Origin: an uncultured Pseudomonadota bacterium | Lineage (GTDB): Bacteria > Myxococcota_A > Polyangia > Fen-1088 | Direction: 5' to 3' | Assembly: GCA_963847705.1 (NCBI GenBank) | Contig: CAWKBC010000029.1 | Coordinates: 256,001 to 320,000, forward strand | Length of the DNA stretch: 64,000 nucleotides | Part shown: one piece after another, positions 1 to 11,252 of the stretch | How positions within the stretch are numbered: the stretch's first letter is position 1 | How the letters are laid out: every line of letters begins with the position of its first letter | Position numbers and translations under genes: made by a program | The notes under the pieces: generated by a model | What the model saw: only the letters and a program-made list of their open reading frames with translations | What the model was told of the DNA's origin: nothing | Databases searched by the model: none

Positions 1-467
1 AACGGCCAGTCGGCGCGGGTGAGCGGCCTGCTCAGCCCCTGCCCGGCCTGCTCGAGCACGCGGTGCTGATTCTGCTGCAGGAGCTTGGTGTCCTCGCCGG
101 GATCGATGCTGATGTCGACGGCGGTGTAGTCCTTGCCGAGGGCCAGACCGACGGTCTTGGCCGCCTTGGCCAGACCGTCGAGAACCAGGCCGCACAACAT
201 CGGGCAGCGGTGGTACCCGAGCGTGACCACCACCGGACGTCCCTGGCCGAGCAGCGCGTCCAGCGACATCGGTGCGCCAGTCACGTCCGTGAAGGTGAGG
301 CCGCGCGGCACCCGATCGCCGAGGTGCTCGATGACGTCGATGTCCTGCAGCGCGGCCAGCGGCTCGGCGCTCCCCTGCGGGAAGACCACCTGCGGCTCGG
401 CGTGCGCGACCGCCGTCCCCAGCAGCAGCGTGCCCAGCGCGAGCGAGAGTGTCCCCAGAAGCTTCAC
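1..467 (-). CDS. SCO1/SenC family copper chaperone (3' end runs off the window)
   Basis: Manual translation from GTG 467, which overlaps the upstream TGA: signal peptide, then ...DVIEHLGDRVP...VTLGYHRCPMLCGLVL with the CxxxC SCO motif. Typical position after ACIII. Confidence 0.85.
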   Translation of the reverse strand, partial: MKLLGTLSLALGTLLLGTAVAHAEPQVVFPQGSAEPLAALQDIDVIEHLGDRVPRGLTFTDVTGAPMSLDALLGQGRPVVVTLGYHRCPMLCGLVLDGLAKAAKTVGLALGKDYTAVDISIDPGEDTKLLQQNQHRVLEQAGQGLSRPLTRADWP

Positions 468-868
468 TTGGGCGCTCCCTCGGGCAGCGCGCCCGACGCC
501 GCCTCTTCCAGCGCGCGCTCGATCGGAATGTGGACCAGCCCCTTGCTGCGGTCGGTCCAGCCGTAGCCGTTGAGGCGCGCGGCCCGCTCTGCCCGCCAGC
601 TCGCCAGCCGGTGATCCCCCTCGAAGAGCACCTGATCGACGATGCCGATCTCCGCCTTGCCGAGATCGGGATAGCGCGACACGCCCGTGGTGGCCTGCAC
701 CTTCGCCGTCTCGTGGTGGAGGATGGCCACAGCCCAGATCGTGCCGAGGGCGAAGACGACCAGTGAGATGACGCCGACCAGGATCACCTTGGTGAAGTCG
801 ATCTGGTCCTCGGACTGGTGTCCGGGGGGATGGTCGTGTGTGTCGTGGCTGTGGTTGTGGCTGCTCAT
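464..868 (-). CDS. Small single-TM protein of the ACIII operon (possible ActG-like), His-rich N-terminus
   Basis: 134 aa ORF with one TM helix and a C-terminal GWTDRSKGLVHIPIERA; lies between actF and sco. Confidence 0.7.
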   Translation of the reverse strand: MSSHNHSHDTHDHPPGHQSEDQIDFTKVILVGVISLVVFALGTIWAVAILHHETAKVQATTGVSRYPDLGKAEIGIVDQVLFEGDHRLASWRAERAARLNGYGWTDRSKGLVHIPIERALEEAASGALPEGAPK

Positions 869-877
869 GGTGGGTGG

Positions 878-2110
878 CTATGGCTGCCTGTACCGAATCG
901 ATTCGGCGATGTAGGGATCTCTGACTGGAACCGGGAGCTTGCCGCGCAGGCGCGAGACGCCGTAGGCGATCCCCACCAGGCCGACCCCCAGGAAGGCGGT
1001 GACGTCGGTCCAGCGCAACGCGAACCCTTCGGGGTCGCGGCTCGGCATCACCAGCCAGAAGATGTCGACCAGGTGGATGAAGAGGATCCAGCGCGCCACC
1101 CAGGCCAGCCGGGTCGGGCTGCGCTTGAGCGACCGCGACAACAGCGCGCCGAACGGGATGAAGAAGTGGCCAAAGATGAGGAGGATGCCGACGGGCGCCC
1201 AGCCGCGGTTGAAGCGGGTGATGTAGAACGGCGTCTCGTCGGGGAGCCCGGCGATCCAGATCAGCATCAGCTGCGAGAAGGCGATGTAGGTCCAAAAGCA
1301 GGTGAACGCCAGCATCAGCTTGCCGATGTTGTGCGTGTGCTCGTCGTTCATGTTCCCGCCGAACACGTTCGCCAACCGCCCGCGCTTGGTGATGATCGCC
1401 AGCAGCGAGAGCGCGGCCACCATGCTGCCGCCGAAGTAGTAGACGCCGAACACCGTCGAGAACCAGGTCGGGTTCAGGCTCATCAACCAGTCGAAGGCGC
1501 CGAAGGTCAGCGCCAGGCCGATGAACGGAAGCCCGCCCGCCCCGAGGTTGCGCTGCCTCTGGAGCAGCATGACGTCGCCCGTCGCGTCCTGCTTGAGCGA
1601 CCAGCCGTAGAGCCGCTGCGAGATGAAGATCGCCACGATGAAGTAGATCACCGTCCGGACGATGAACCCTTTGACGTTCAGGTAGGCGGCCTTGCCGGCG
1701 ATCAGCTTGAGCGCCTCACGCCCCAGACTGTCGGGCGGGTCGACCCACACGTAAACGTGCTTCATCACGAAGATGAGCGGGATGAACAGGAACAGGAAGA
1801 TGAAGACCGACGCCGACATCGCCTCGATCGGCCGGCGCAGGACGGTCACCCACCGGGCGTGGGTGGCGTGGAAGATCATCAGCAGGATCACCGAGGTGAA
1901 CGAGATGCCGCCCCAGTAGGTGAACGCCATCAGGTACGAGAACCCGGCGTCCTTCGGGTTCATCGCCATCCCGATGAACGTGAGGATCAAGAACAGGAGG
2001 CCGAGCCCGCCTCCCGCGAAGACCCAGCGGCTGCCGCCCGAAAAGGGCTTCAGCGCCAGCGTCTTGCTGCCGGCCGACGCGTCGGGGGCGTGTGAAATTG
2101 CGGCGCTCAC
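878..2110 (-). CDS. actF: Alternative complex III membrane subunit ActF
   Basis: 410 aa polytopic protein with DWLMSLNPTWFSTVFG and FWTYIAFSQLMLIW; operon position. Confidence 0.9.
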   Translation of the reverse strand: MSAAISHAPDASAGSKTLALKPFSGGSRWVFAGGGLGLLFLILTFIGMAMNPKDAGFSYLMAFTYWGGISFTSVILLMIFHATHARWVTVLRRPIEAMSASVFIFLFLFIPLIFVMKHVYVWVDPPDSLGREALKLIAGKAAYLNVKGFIVRTVIYFIVAIFISQRLYGWSLKQDATGDVMLLQRQRNLGAGGLPFIGLALTFGAFDWLMSLNPTWFSTVFGVYYFGGSMVAALSLLAIITKRGRLANVFGGNMNDEHTHNIGKLMLAFTCFWTYIAFSQLMLIWIAGLPDETPFYITRFNRGWAPVGILLIFGHFFIPFGALLSRSLKRSPTRLAWVARWILFIHLVDIFWLVMPSRDPEGFALRWTDVTAFLGVGLVGIAYGVSRLRGKLPVPVRDPYIAESIRYRQP

Positions 2111-2823
2111 CGTTTCTCCTCTTGATCCTTTTCCCCTTGGGCCGGGGCCGGCGCAGGCGCATCCATGTTCGGGGGCAACGCCTCGAGCTGTTGCCGAATC
2201 TCTGGCGGCAAGGCGCCGACCGGCGTGTTCTGGCTGAGCTGCAGCGCGCGAAGATACGCGACCACCGACCAGCGCTCTTCCACCGAGAGCTCGGCGGCGT
2301 AGGACGCCATCAGCCCGAAGCCCTTGCTGATGACCTCAAAGATGTAGCCGGCCGGCTTGGCCACGAACTTCGGGTCCTGCAGCGACGGCGGCGGACGAAG
2401 CGACATCTGCGTCGCCACGATGCTCTTGCCGTCGGCGAGCGGGCCGTGGCAGGTGGCGCAGGTGATGTCGAACCGCTTGCGGCCGAGCTCGAGGAGCTTG
2501 CGCGAGATGGGGAGCGGCACCGTCGCCACGTAGTTCGGCAGCGGCTCCATGTTGGGCTGCATCGGCCCGTTCGGGTCGCGCCCGGTCGTCAGGCGGGGGT
2601 TCAGCGTGATCCGCTCACGCGGCACCGTCCCCTCGGGGGCGGCGCGCATCGACAGACCGTCGGCGTAAAAGGGGCTCTCCTTGTAGCGGATCGACTTGTG
2701 CTGCGCGTCGGCCATCGGATCGAGGATGTTCTCGTTGCAGGCGACCGCCGTGAGACCGAGCAGGATCGACAGCGCCGGAACGACGAAGAGCTTGGCCGCG
2801 CGGGCCGTCATCGTGGAGCTCAT
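2107..2823 (-). CDS. actE: ACIII monoheme cytochrome c lipoprotein ActE
   Basis: Lipobox-like AVAC, single CATCH, distal Met in GFGLMASY. Confidence 0.9.
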   Translation of the reverse strand: MSSTMTARAAKLFVVPALSILLGLTAVACNENILDPMADAQHKSIRYKESPFYADGLSMRAAPEGTVPRERITLNPRLTTGRDPNGPMQPNMEPLPNYVATVPLPISRKLLELGRKRFDITCATCHGPLADGKSIVATQMSLRPPPSLQDPKFVAKPAGYIFEVISKGFGLMASYAAELSVEERWSVVAYLRALQLSQNTPVGALPPEIRQQLEALPPNMDAPAPAPAQGEKDQEEKR

Positions 2824-3382
2824 CGCTCGGACTCCGTGACGAGCTCGGCCGACAGCGCGCCCGCGGTCTGCACCTCGGCGAACACCTTCTCGGCTTCACC
2901 CTCCGGGGGCAGCTCGACGGAGAGGAAGTAGGCGTCCACCGCGGCCCGGGCAAAGTCCTCGGACTCGAACACCGGGTGATAGGGCTGCGGCAGCTTCGCC
3001 AGCGTGAAGAAGCCGAAGAACGAGGATCCGCCGGCCAGCAGGATGGCGAGCTCGAAGGTGATCGGGATGTTCGCCGGCGGCCCGTGCAAGGGGCGACCGC
3101 CGACGTTGATCGGAAAATCGATCACGTTGCAGAAGTAGATCATCGCGTAAGCGATGCACGCCCCCGCGATCGCGCCGCAAAGAACGATCGTCGGGATCTT
3201 CGCGCGTCCGAGGCCGAGCGCCTCCTCCAGCCCGTGGATCGGCATCGGGGTGTGCGTGTCGAGCTTCTTGTACCCCGCCTCGCGCACCTTGCGCGTGCCG
3301 ACCAGCAGCGCCTCGGGCGTGGCGAACTCGGCCAGCACGAAGCGGCGCGCGACGAACCCGGAGTCTTCGTGACCGGCTGACA

Positions 3383-3383
<1 letters not shown>
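2820..3383 (-). CDS. actD: ACIII subunit ActD
   Basis: DTHTPMPIHGLEEALG, two TM helices, PITFELAIL. Confidence 0.9.
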
Positions 3384-4786
<1,403 letters not shown>

Positions 4787-4789
4787 CGA

Positions 4790-7700
4790 CTAGTCCACCT
4801 TCACGAGGTCGGGGTTGGGATTGCGCACGCGCGCGAGATACGCCGTGCGCGGGCGGGTCGCGAGCTCGTGCAGGAGATCGTAGCGACGCGGGTCGGCGTG
4901 AAGCTTGGTCACCTTGGCGCTCGCGTCGTTGAGCGACCCGAAGGTGATCGCCCGTGTGGGGCAGCCCTGCTGGCAGGCCGTCTCCAGCTCACCGTCGGCG
5001 ATGGTGCGCCCTTCGATGCGGGTGGCGATCCGCTTGCGCTCGATCCGCTGCACGCAGTAGGTGCACTTCTCCATCACGCCGCGGGAGCGGACCGTGACGT
5101 CCGGGTTCATCCCCAGCTCGCGCGCCGGGCTGATGTCACCGGTGTAGTCGAGGAAGTTGAAGCGCCGCACTTTGTAGGGGCAGTTGTTGCTGCAGTAGCG
5201 GGTGCCGATGCAGCGGTTGTAGACCATCTCGTTCAACCCCTCGTCGCTGTGGACGGTGGCGTTGACCGGGCAAACGTATTCGCAGGGAGCCGTCTCGCAC
5301 TGCACGCAGGCGAGCGGCTGGTTGATCATCTGGGGGTCGTCGACCGGGCCGCTGAAGTAGCGGTCGATCCGGATCCACTGCATCTCGCGGCCGCGCCAGG
5401 TGTTGTCCTTGCCCACGACGGGGATGTTGTTCTCCGACTGGCAGGCGACCACGCAGGCGTTGCAGCCGGTGCACTTGTTGAGGTCGATCGCCATCGCCCA
5501 CTTGTACGGCTGGCTGCTGTAATCGACCGGCTTGAAGACCTCGGGCAGGGGCCCGCGCCGCTCCTCGAGCTCCGCGTGGAACATCGAGCCGGAGTTCAGC
5601 ACCTCGGCCAAAGGGGCCTCGACGGCGGGCGGCGGAATCTCGCGCCCGTCGGGGGACATGGTCCAGTGGTCCTGGGTGATGGCCAGCCGGTGGTGCCGCC
5701 CCGTGTTGGTCACGGTGGCGCCGCGATCGAACCAGGGGGCGTCGCTGGCCCGCAGCTCGCCGGCGTTGAAGCCGACCGCCAGGCCGACGTGACCGGTGTG
5801 CAGCCGCCCGTAGCCGAGCGGCAGCGTCAGCGCGTCGTCGGCGTGGCCCGGAACGATCAGGGCCGGCGCCTCCAGCTTGCGATCCCGCGAGGTGATCTCC
5901 AGGATGTCGCCCGTCTCGATGGCGAGCCGGTCGGCCGTGGTCTGCGAGAGCATGGCCACATTGTCCCAGGTCAGCTTGGTGATCGGGTGGGCCAGCTCCT
6001 GCAACCAGGCGTTGTTGGCGAAGCGACCGTCGAAGACCTTGGGGTCGGTCGCGAAGCCCAGCTCCAGGACGGATGCTCCGGCTGCCCCACCCTGCCCGGC
6101 GCTCTGAGCCAGCAACGGCGCGGCCGCCTGGGCCAGCGCCTGACCGTTGATCGCCAGCCCCTGCTCGGAGCTGGCACCGGTGTCGGGGACGATGCCGTCG
6201 GACAGCCAGCGCTCCCAGACGCCGTCGAACGATCCGGCCAGATTGCCGGGGAGCTTCGACATGCTGCTCCAGTACTTCCGAAGGAGCGCATGCGTTCCGA
6301 CCTCGCCTTCGCCGATGAACGCGGCGAGCAGCTCGGGCTCGGTCTTCCCGCCCCAGAGCGGCGCGACCAGTGGCTGAACGATCGACACGACGCCGTCGGT
6401 GGCGCGCCCATCGCCCCAGGACTCGAGCGGGTGCGCGGCGGGAACCAGGTAGCTGCAGCTCTGCGCCGTCTCGTCCTCGTAGAGGCTGTGATAGATGACG
6501 TTGGGGACGCGCTTCAGGAGCTGCTCCAGCTTGAAGTCGACCGGCGCGCCGTAAACCGGGTTCTCGGCGGTCACCACCAGCGTGTCGACCGTTCCGCCGG
6601 CGATCTCGTCGACCAGCGCGCGCAGCGGCTCGACGCCCGCAATGGCATCGGTGGTGAGGGGGACGCCGTACTCGACGGTGGCGCCGATGTTCCCCAGCGC
6701 CGAGTTGATGGCCGCGGCCAGCGCGTGCACCACGGCCGGCTGCCGGCGACCGGCGATCACCAGCGAGCGGCCGCGGTTCTTCTCCAGGTCGGCCGCCAGC
6801 GCGACCAGCCACTTCGAGTCCCAGAGCCCCGCGCCGTGTCCCAGCGAGCCCACCGGGCCGAGCGCCGAAAGGCCCCGGCCGGAGAGCATCGCGCAGAGAC
6901 CGGCGGCGAAGGCGGAGACGTCGCCGCCGCGCAGGCGCATGCGGTGATCGGCCATCGCGCCGGTGACCGTCATGGCCGGCTCGACGACGTAGAGGCGGTT
7001 CATGTCGCGCGAGGGCTCGCGGCGGACGGCGTACTCGCGCGCCAGGCGCGTCTGCTCGGGACCGTCGTTGAGGAAGTCGGCGTCGAGCGAGAGAATGACC
7101 GCGGCCGCACCGAGGTGGTGGCGCGGCATGAGCGGGCGGCCGAACGCCAGCTTGGCTCCCTCGATGGCGCCGTCTGCGGCGACCGACGAGTAGCTGACGA
7201 ACTTCGCGCGCGGGAAGCGCTCCAGGATCCGCCGGCGCAGGTCGGCCAGCAGCGGGGAAGCGGTCGGGCCGGTCAGGAACCGGAGCCCGGCGCCGCCATT
7301 GCCGGCCAGCGAGGCGGACCGGGACTTCAAATCGGAGAGAAACGTCGGCCAGGCGATGGGGGTGTTGCCGCGGCGCAGCTGCTTGGCGCGATCGTCGTCG
7401 TAAAGGCCGAGGATCAGCGCCTGCTCGAGGGCGGTGGTCGCCCCCAGGGTCTCGGGGTGCGCCGGGTTCCCCTCGACCTTGGTCGGGTGCCCCTCGTGGC
7501 TCTCGACCAGGAGGCCGCTGGTGTATCCCTCCAGCGCATAGCCGGTCGCGAAGTGGAGCGCATTGCCGGGAGTCAGCTCCTCGGGGCGCCTCACGAAAGG
7601 AATGATCTTCTCGTTCGGCTTGCGGCAGGCTGCCCCGACGGTGGCCACCGCCGTCGACACGCCGAGGAGCTGCATGAACCCGCGGCGCGAGGTCCCTTCC

Positions 7701-7921
7701 AGCTCGGAGGCGCCGCCGGGAAATTCGTTGGCCGCGCCCGGCGTGACCGCGCGCGAGCGCTCTTCGATGGACCGCCAGAGCTTACGAACGGTGGGCGAGG
7801 CAGCGTCCGACGATCCATTCGCCGCACTGCCATGCGCCGGGCTGCCGCTGGAACCGACGACGGGCAGCGAGCGCCGCACGCGATCGTTGGCGCGGGCTTC
7901 GTGGTTGTCGTCGCAGCTCAT
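4790..7921 (-). CDS. actB: ACIII subunit ActB (molybdopterin-oxidoreductase-like fold plus Fe-S domain, Tat-exported)
   Basis: Tat motif SRRGFMQ; C-terminal Fe-S Cys clusters CTGCNACVVAC, CVQCETAPCEYVCP, CIGTRYCSNNCPY and CTYC. Confidence 0.95.
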   Translation of the reverse strand: MSCDDNHEARANDRVRRSLPVVGSSGSPAHGSAANGSSDAASPTVRKLWRSIEERSRAVTPGAANEFPGGASELEGTSRRGFMQLLGVSTAVATVGAACRKPNEKIIPFVRRPEELTPGNALHFATGYALEGYTSGLLVESHEGHPTKVEGNPAHPETLGATTALEQALILGLYDDDRAKQLRRGNTPIAWPTFLSDLKSRSASLAGNGGAGLRFLTGPTASPLLADLRRRILERFPRAKFVSYSSVAADGAIEGAKLAFGRPLMPRHHLGAAAVILSLDADFLNDGPEQTRLAREYAVRREPSRDMNRLYVVEPAMTVTGAMADHRMRLRGGDVSAFAAGLCAMLSGRGLSALGPVGSLGHGAGLWDSKWLVALAADLEKNRGRSLVIAGRRQPAVVHALAAAINSALGNIGATVEYGVPLTTDAIAGVEPLRALVDEIAGGTVDTLVVTAENPVYGAPVDFKLEQLLKRVPNVIYHSLYEDETAQSCSYLVPAAHPLESWGDGRATDGVVSIVQPLVAPLWGGKTEPELLAAFIGEGEVGTHALLRKYWSSMSKLPGNLAGSFDGVWERWLSDGIVPDTGASSEQGLAINGQALAQAAAPLLAQSAGQGGAAGASVLELGFATDPKVFDGRFANNAWLQELAHPITKLTWDNVAMLSQTTADRLAIETGDILEITSRDRKLEAPALIVPGHADDALTLPLGYGRLHTGHVGLAVGFNAGELRASDAPWFDRGATVTNTGRHHRLAITQDHWTMSPDGREIPPPAVEAPLAEVLNSGSMFHAELEERRGPLPEVFKPVDYSSQPYKWAMAIDLNKCTGCNACVVACQSENNIPVVGKDNTWRGREMQWIRIDRYFSGPVDDPQMINQPLACVQCETAPCEYVCPVNATVHSDEGLNEMVYNRCIGTRYCSNNCPYKVRRFNFLDYTGDISPARELGMNPDVTVRSRGVMEKCTYCVQRIERKRIATRIEGRTIADGELETACQQGCPTRAITFGSLNDASAKVTKLHADPRRYDLLHELATRPRTAYLARVRNPNPDLVKVD

Positions 7922-7946
7922 GAAATGAAACCCCTCGATGGAACGT

Positions 7947-8597
7947 TCATCGGTGACACGTGGTGCAGCTGGTTCGCGTGTGGACGTCGTTCTGCGCCGC
8001 CAACAGCTTCCCGGACTCGGCCGGATCTCCCTCGGGCTTCCACTCCATGTTGGCGACCTCGGAGGGCGGCCGGAGGTTCGCGTCCGGATGGCGGTGGCAA
8101 TCGAGGCAGAACCCCATGGTCAGGGTGGTGTCCTTCTCGACCGCCGCCATCTTGTCGACGCGGCCGTGGCAGCTGATGCAGCCGACGCCCTTGTTCACGT
8201 GGATGGCGTGGTTGAAGTAGACGAACTCGGGCACCTTGTAGACGCGCCGCCACTGGAGCGGCTTGTTCTGGATGAAGCTCTGGCGCACCGGCTCGAGGAG
8301 CGGGCTCTTGTTCCAGACCTGCGAGTGGCAGTTGAGACAGAGCTGCGTCGGCGGGATGCCGGCCGACGGCGACTTGTCGACCGTGTTGTGGCAATAGCGG
8401 CAGTCGATCCCCTCGTCACGCGTGTGGTGACGGTGGTCGAACTGCAGCGGTTGCTCGATGGGATCCTGCATCCCGCGCGCGTAGGGCGTGCGGGCGTACA
8501 GCATCAGAGCTCCCGGTCCCCCCACCGCTCCCGCCGCCACGACAAACAGAGAGATCTGCGCGAGGGTATTGTGCTTCGGTCGAAAGAGAGGACTCAT
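7947..8597 (-). CDS. actA: ACIII pentaheme cytochrome c ActA
   Basis: Five CxxCH motifs (CRYCH, CLNCH, CISCH, CLDCH, CTTCH) and an N-terminal TM helix; ATG 8597 preceded by GAGG. Confidence 0.95.
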   Translation of the reverse strand: MSPLFRPKHNTLAQISLFVVAAGAVGGPGALMLYARTPYARGMQDPIEQPLQFDHRHHTRDEGIDCRYCHNTVDKSPSAGIPPTQLCLNCHSQVWNKSPLLEPVRQSFIQNKPLQWRRVYKVPEFVYFNHAIHVNKGVGCISCHGRVDKMAAVEKDTTLTMGFCLDCHRHPDANLRPPSEVANMEWKPEGDPAESGKLLAAQNDVHTRTSCTTCHR

Positions 8598-8752
8598 CCT
8601 CGTTCCGGCGAGCATTTATGCTGAGCTTGGGGGTCGCGTCAAGAGAAGTATTCGTCGAAGATCACGAGCGCGATCGCAAGCGCGATCAACGGCCTCCTGG
8701 ATCGCACGCTCGACCCGATGAAGACGCACAACGTTTGCGCGATCTTCGTCGA

Positions 8753-9499
8753 TCAGAAACCGATCTTGCGCATCACGAAGCGGGGCAAAAAGCGGATGAC
8801 CAGCATGATCAGCGTCCAGATTCCTGGTGCGTAGATGACCGGACGGCCTCTGTCCACGCCGCGGAGCACCTGCGCCGCCACCGCGTCGGGCTCCCCCGCG
8901 AACGGCGGCGCCTTCAGCCCCTCCGTCATCCCGGTCCGGACGAAGCCAGGTTTCACGCAGATCGTGCGGAGGCCCTGCCCCCGGAACTTGTGATCGAGGC
9001 CCTCGAGATAGCGCGAGAGGCCCGCCTTGGCGGCACCATAGAGCACGACCGGCTTGCGTCCGCGCTCCCCCGCGACGGAGCTGAACACGCAGAGCGTCCC
9101 GCCGCCGCGCGCCAGGAGGCGCCGGCGCGCCTCTTCGCAGAAGACCACCGTGTTGGCAAAATCGACCGTCAAGAGCCGGCGGGTCAGCGTGGGGTCCGCC
9201 TCCAGCTGCTCCTGCGTCGCGAAGAGGCCCGCGGTGACCACCACGCCATCGAGGCCGCCCAGGGCCGCCTCCGCCGCGTCGAGCGCGGCGCCAAACTGCT
9301 CGGGCCGCTCGAGGTCGCAGGGCGCGCTCCCGATCGTCCCCGCGGCGCGCCCGGCGCGCGCCTCCAGATCGCGCGCGCTCCGTCCGAGCTCGTCAGCGTC
9401 GCGTCCGAGCAGGAACAGCGCGGCGCCCCGCGTCGCCAGCTGGCGCGCCAGCGAGCGCCCCATCCCCTTGGTGGCGCCCAGGATCGCCACCCTCTTCAC
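8753..9499 (-). CDS. Short-chain dehydrogenase/reductase (DprE2-like)
   Basis: GATKGMG nucleotide-binding loop, SSVAGERGR, YxxxK (YGAAK). Confidence 0.85.
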   Translation of the reverse strand: MKRVAILGATKGMGRSLARQLATRGAALFLLGRDADELGRSARDLEARAGRAAGTIGSAPCDLERPEQFGAALDAAEAALGGLDGVVVTAGLFATQEQLEADPTLTRRLLTVDFANTVVFCEEARRRLLARGGGTLCVFSSVAGERGRKPVVLYGAAKAGLSRYLEGLDHKFRGQGLRTICVKPGFVRTGMTEGLKAPPFAGEPDAVAAQVLRGVDRGRPVIYAPGIWTLIMLVIRFLPRFVMRKIGF

Positions 9500-9611
9500 G
9501 GCGCGTCCCCCCGCAACGGTTCGGGACGATCAGCCACAGAGGGTCTCGAGCGGGTCCACGCCCCCGGATCTATATCATCGGGGACGGACGTTTTGGCCCG
9601 GAGCGCCGCGC

Positions 9612-9890
9612 TCAGGTGGACGAGCGGACGGCGGCGAGGTTCCGCCGGCGGAGCTTCTCGACCAAGGTGGTCCGGCCGAGGCCCAGGAGCTTGGCCGCCT
9701 CTTTCTTGTTGCTGTGCGTCTGCTGCAGGGCCGCCTGGATGTAGGCGTCCTCGAGCGCGCGCAACAGCACCGGAAGATCGACAGGCAAGGTCACGGCCGG
9801 CGCGGGCGTGGTCGCGTCTGGTGCCAGATCCGTCGAATCGGCTGGGAGCTGGGCCCAGGCTGCATTCCCTGCCCCGTCACGAGAGGTCAT
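9612..9890 (-). CDS. Stand-alone Fis-type HTH protein (bEBP C-terminal-like)
   Basis: LEDAYIQAALQQTHSNKKEAAKLLGLGRTTLVEKLRR with no AAA+ domain upstream; start at 9890 or 9920. Confidence 0.75.
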   Translation of the reverse strand: MTSRDGAGNAAWAQLPADSTDLAPDATTPAPAVTLPVDLPVLLRALEDAYIQAALQQTHSNKKEAAKLLGLGRTTLVEKLRRRNLAAVRSST

Positions 9891-9970
9891 GCGCCCACCA
9901 TCGACCAGTCCCGGCTTCATCTTTAGCTGGCCCTTCGAACCGTCGAGAGAAGAAGCAGGGAGAACGTCGG

Positions 9971-11218
9971 ATGTCCGACCGACAGTCACGCTCTGCGCGG
10001 TCGTCGCGCCTGTCTTCGACAGCGCCGCGCCCCGTGGTGCGCGTGCGGATGCTGTCGACCGGCCGCTGGCGGCCGCCGCTCGGGCAGACGCCCTTGACCG
10101 GCCGCCGCGCCCCCCGCCTGATCGCCGTCGGCGCCGCCCTCCCCGGCGTCGGCAAGAGCGTCGTCGCCTCGAACCTGGCCGTGGCGATTGGCGGGCTCGG
10201 CCGGCAGGTGGTGGTCGTCGACCTGGATGTCGGCACACCCCGCCAGCACGCCCTCTTCGGCGTGGCGGCGCCCCAGGCCGCCGAGCGGCAGACCGGCGTG
10301 CGCAACGTCCGACTCTGGCCGGCCGCCACGCTGCTCCAGCGGGCCAGCGACGCCCAGGCCCGCCGTGCCCTCATCGACGGACTGGGAGAGCTGGACGCCG
10401 ACGTCGTCATCGTCGACGTCGCCGACGCCAACCGCGACGATCTGTGGAACTTCTTCGGCGCGGGCGCCGAACGTCTGCTGGTGTCGACCGGCGATCGGGC
10501 GGCGCTGGAAGCGACCTACGCCTTCTTGCACGAGGCCGCCGTTCGCGCCGAACGGCGGCATGGCGCCGGCGCGCGCGAGGTGCTGGCGCGATTCGCCGGC
10601 GGCCTGGTGGGAAACGTGGCGGCCACCGCCGCAGACGCCGAGTCCTTCCACGCCTTCGCCCGCCTCGTGCGCGGGGAGCTGGGGATCCCGCTCACCTCGC
10701 TCGGATGTCTGCGCCAGAGCCAGCGGATCGTGCAATCGATCGCGGCGAAGAAGCCGCTCTGCGCCCGCCGGGGAATCGACGACGAGGTGCGGGCGTTCAA
10801 CCAGATCGCCGAGCTGGTCGTGGCCGAGCACCGCGACCCCGAGGCGGAGTGCGCGCTCGAGGGCGACCCGCCCGCGCTCGAGCCGGCACGGCTCCCCACC
10901 GACCTCGGCCGTTACCAGCGAAGATTCCCCCGCTTCGCGGTCGACTGGGCGGCGACCTTCGAGATCGCCGGCGAGCCGAACGCGGTGCGGGTGCGCGACG
11001 TCTCCGAGAGCGGCGCCGCCGTCGAATCGACGCTGGCCTTGCGGGTCGGCGACGTCGGGATGTTGCACTTCTACCAGCTCGACGATCGTCTGTCGGTCGA
11101 GGTGATGGTCAAGAACGTCGTCCCGTCGCTCAACCGGGTCGGGTTCGGCTTCGTCCGCCCCGGCGCCGCCGCGGCGCGGATCGTGGCGGCCGCGCGCGCG
11201 CGCCTCGCCACGCCTTGA
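9971..11218 (+). CDS. MinD/FleN-like P-loop protein fused to a C-terminal PilZ domain
   Basis: PGVGKSVVASNLA and VVVVDLD; PilZ motifs RRFPR (RxxxR) and DVSESG (DxSxxG). Start uncertain. Confidence 0.8.
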   Translation: MSDRQSRSARSSRLSSTAPRPVVRVRMLSTGRWRPPLGQTPLTGRRAPRLIAVGAALPGVGKSVVASNLAVAIGGLGRQVVVVDLDVGTPRQHALFGVAAPQAAERQTGVRNVRLWPAATLLQRASDAQARRALIDGLGELDADVVIVDVADANRDDLWNFFGAGAERLLVSTGDRAALEATYAFLHEAAVRAERRHGAGAREVLARFAGGLVGNVAATAADAESFHAFARLVRGELGIPLTSLGCLRQSQRIVQSIAAKKPLCARRGIDDEVRAFNQIAELVVAEHRDPEAECALEGDPPALEPARLPTDLGRYQRRFPRFAVDWAATFEIAGEPNAVRVRDVSESGAAVESTLALRVGDVGMLHFYQLDDRLSVEVMVKNVVPSLNRVGFGFVRPGAAAARIVAAARARLATP

Positions 11219-11252
11219 CCGATGGCGCGGAGCGCGGGAGGCTGACCCGACC

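Noticed and set aside
8618-9970. N-terminal part of the 866 aa ORF as a giant fusion
   Set aside because: It overlaps the SDR and HTH genes on the opposite strand; recognisable domains begin only after about 9971.
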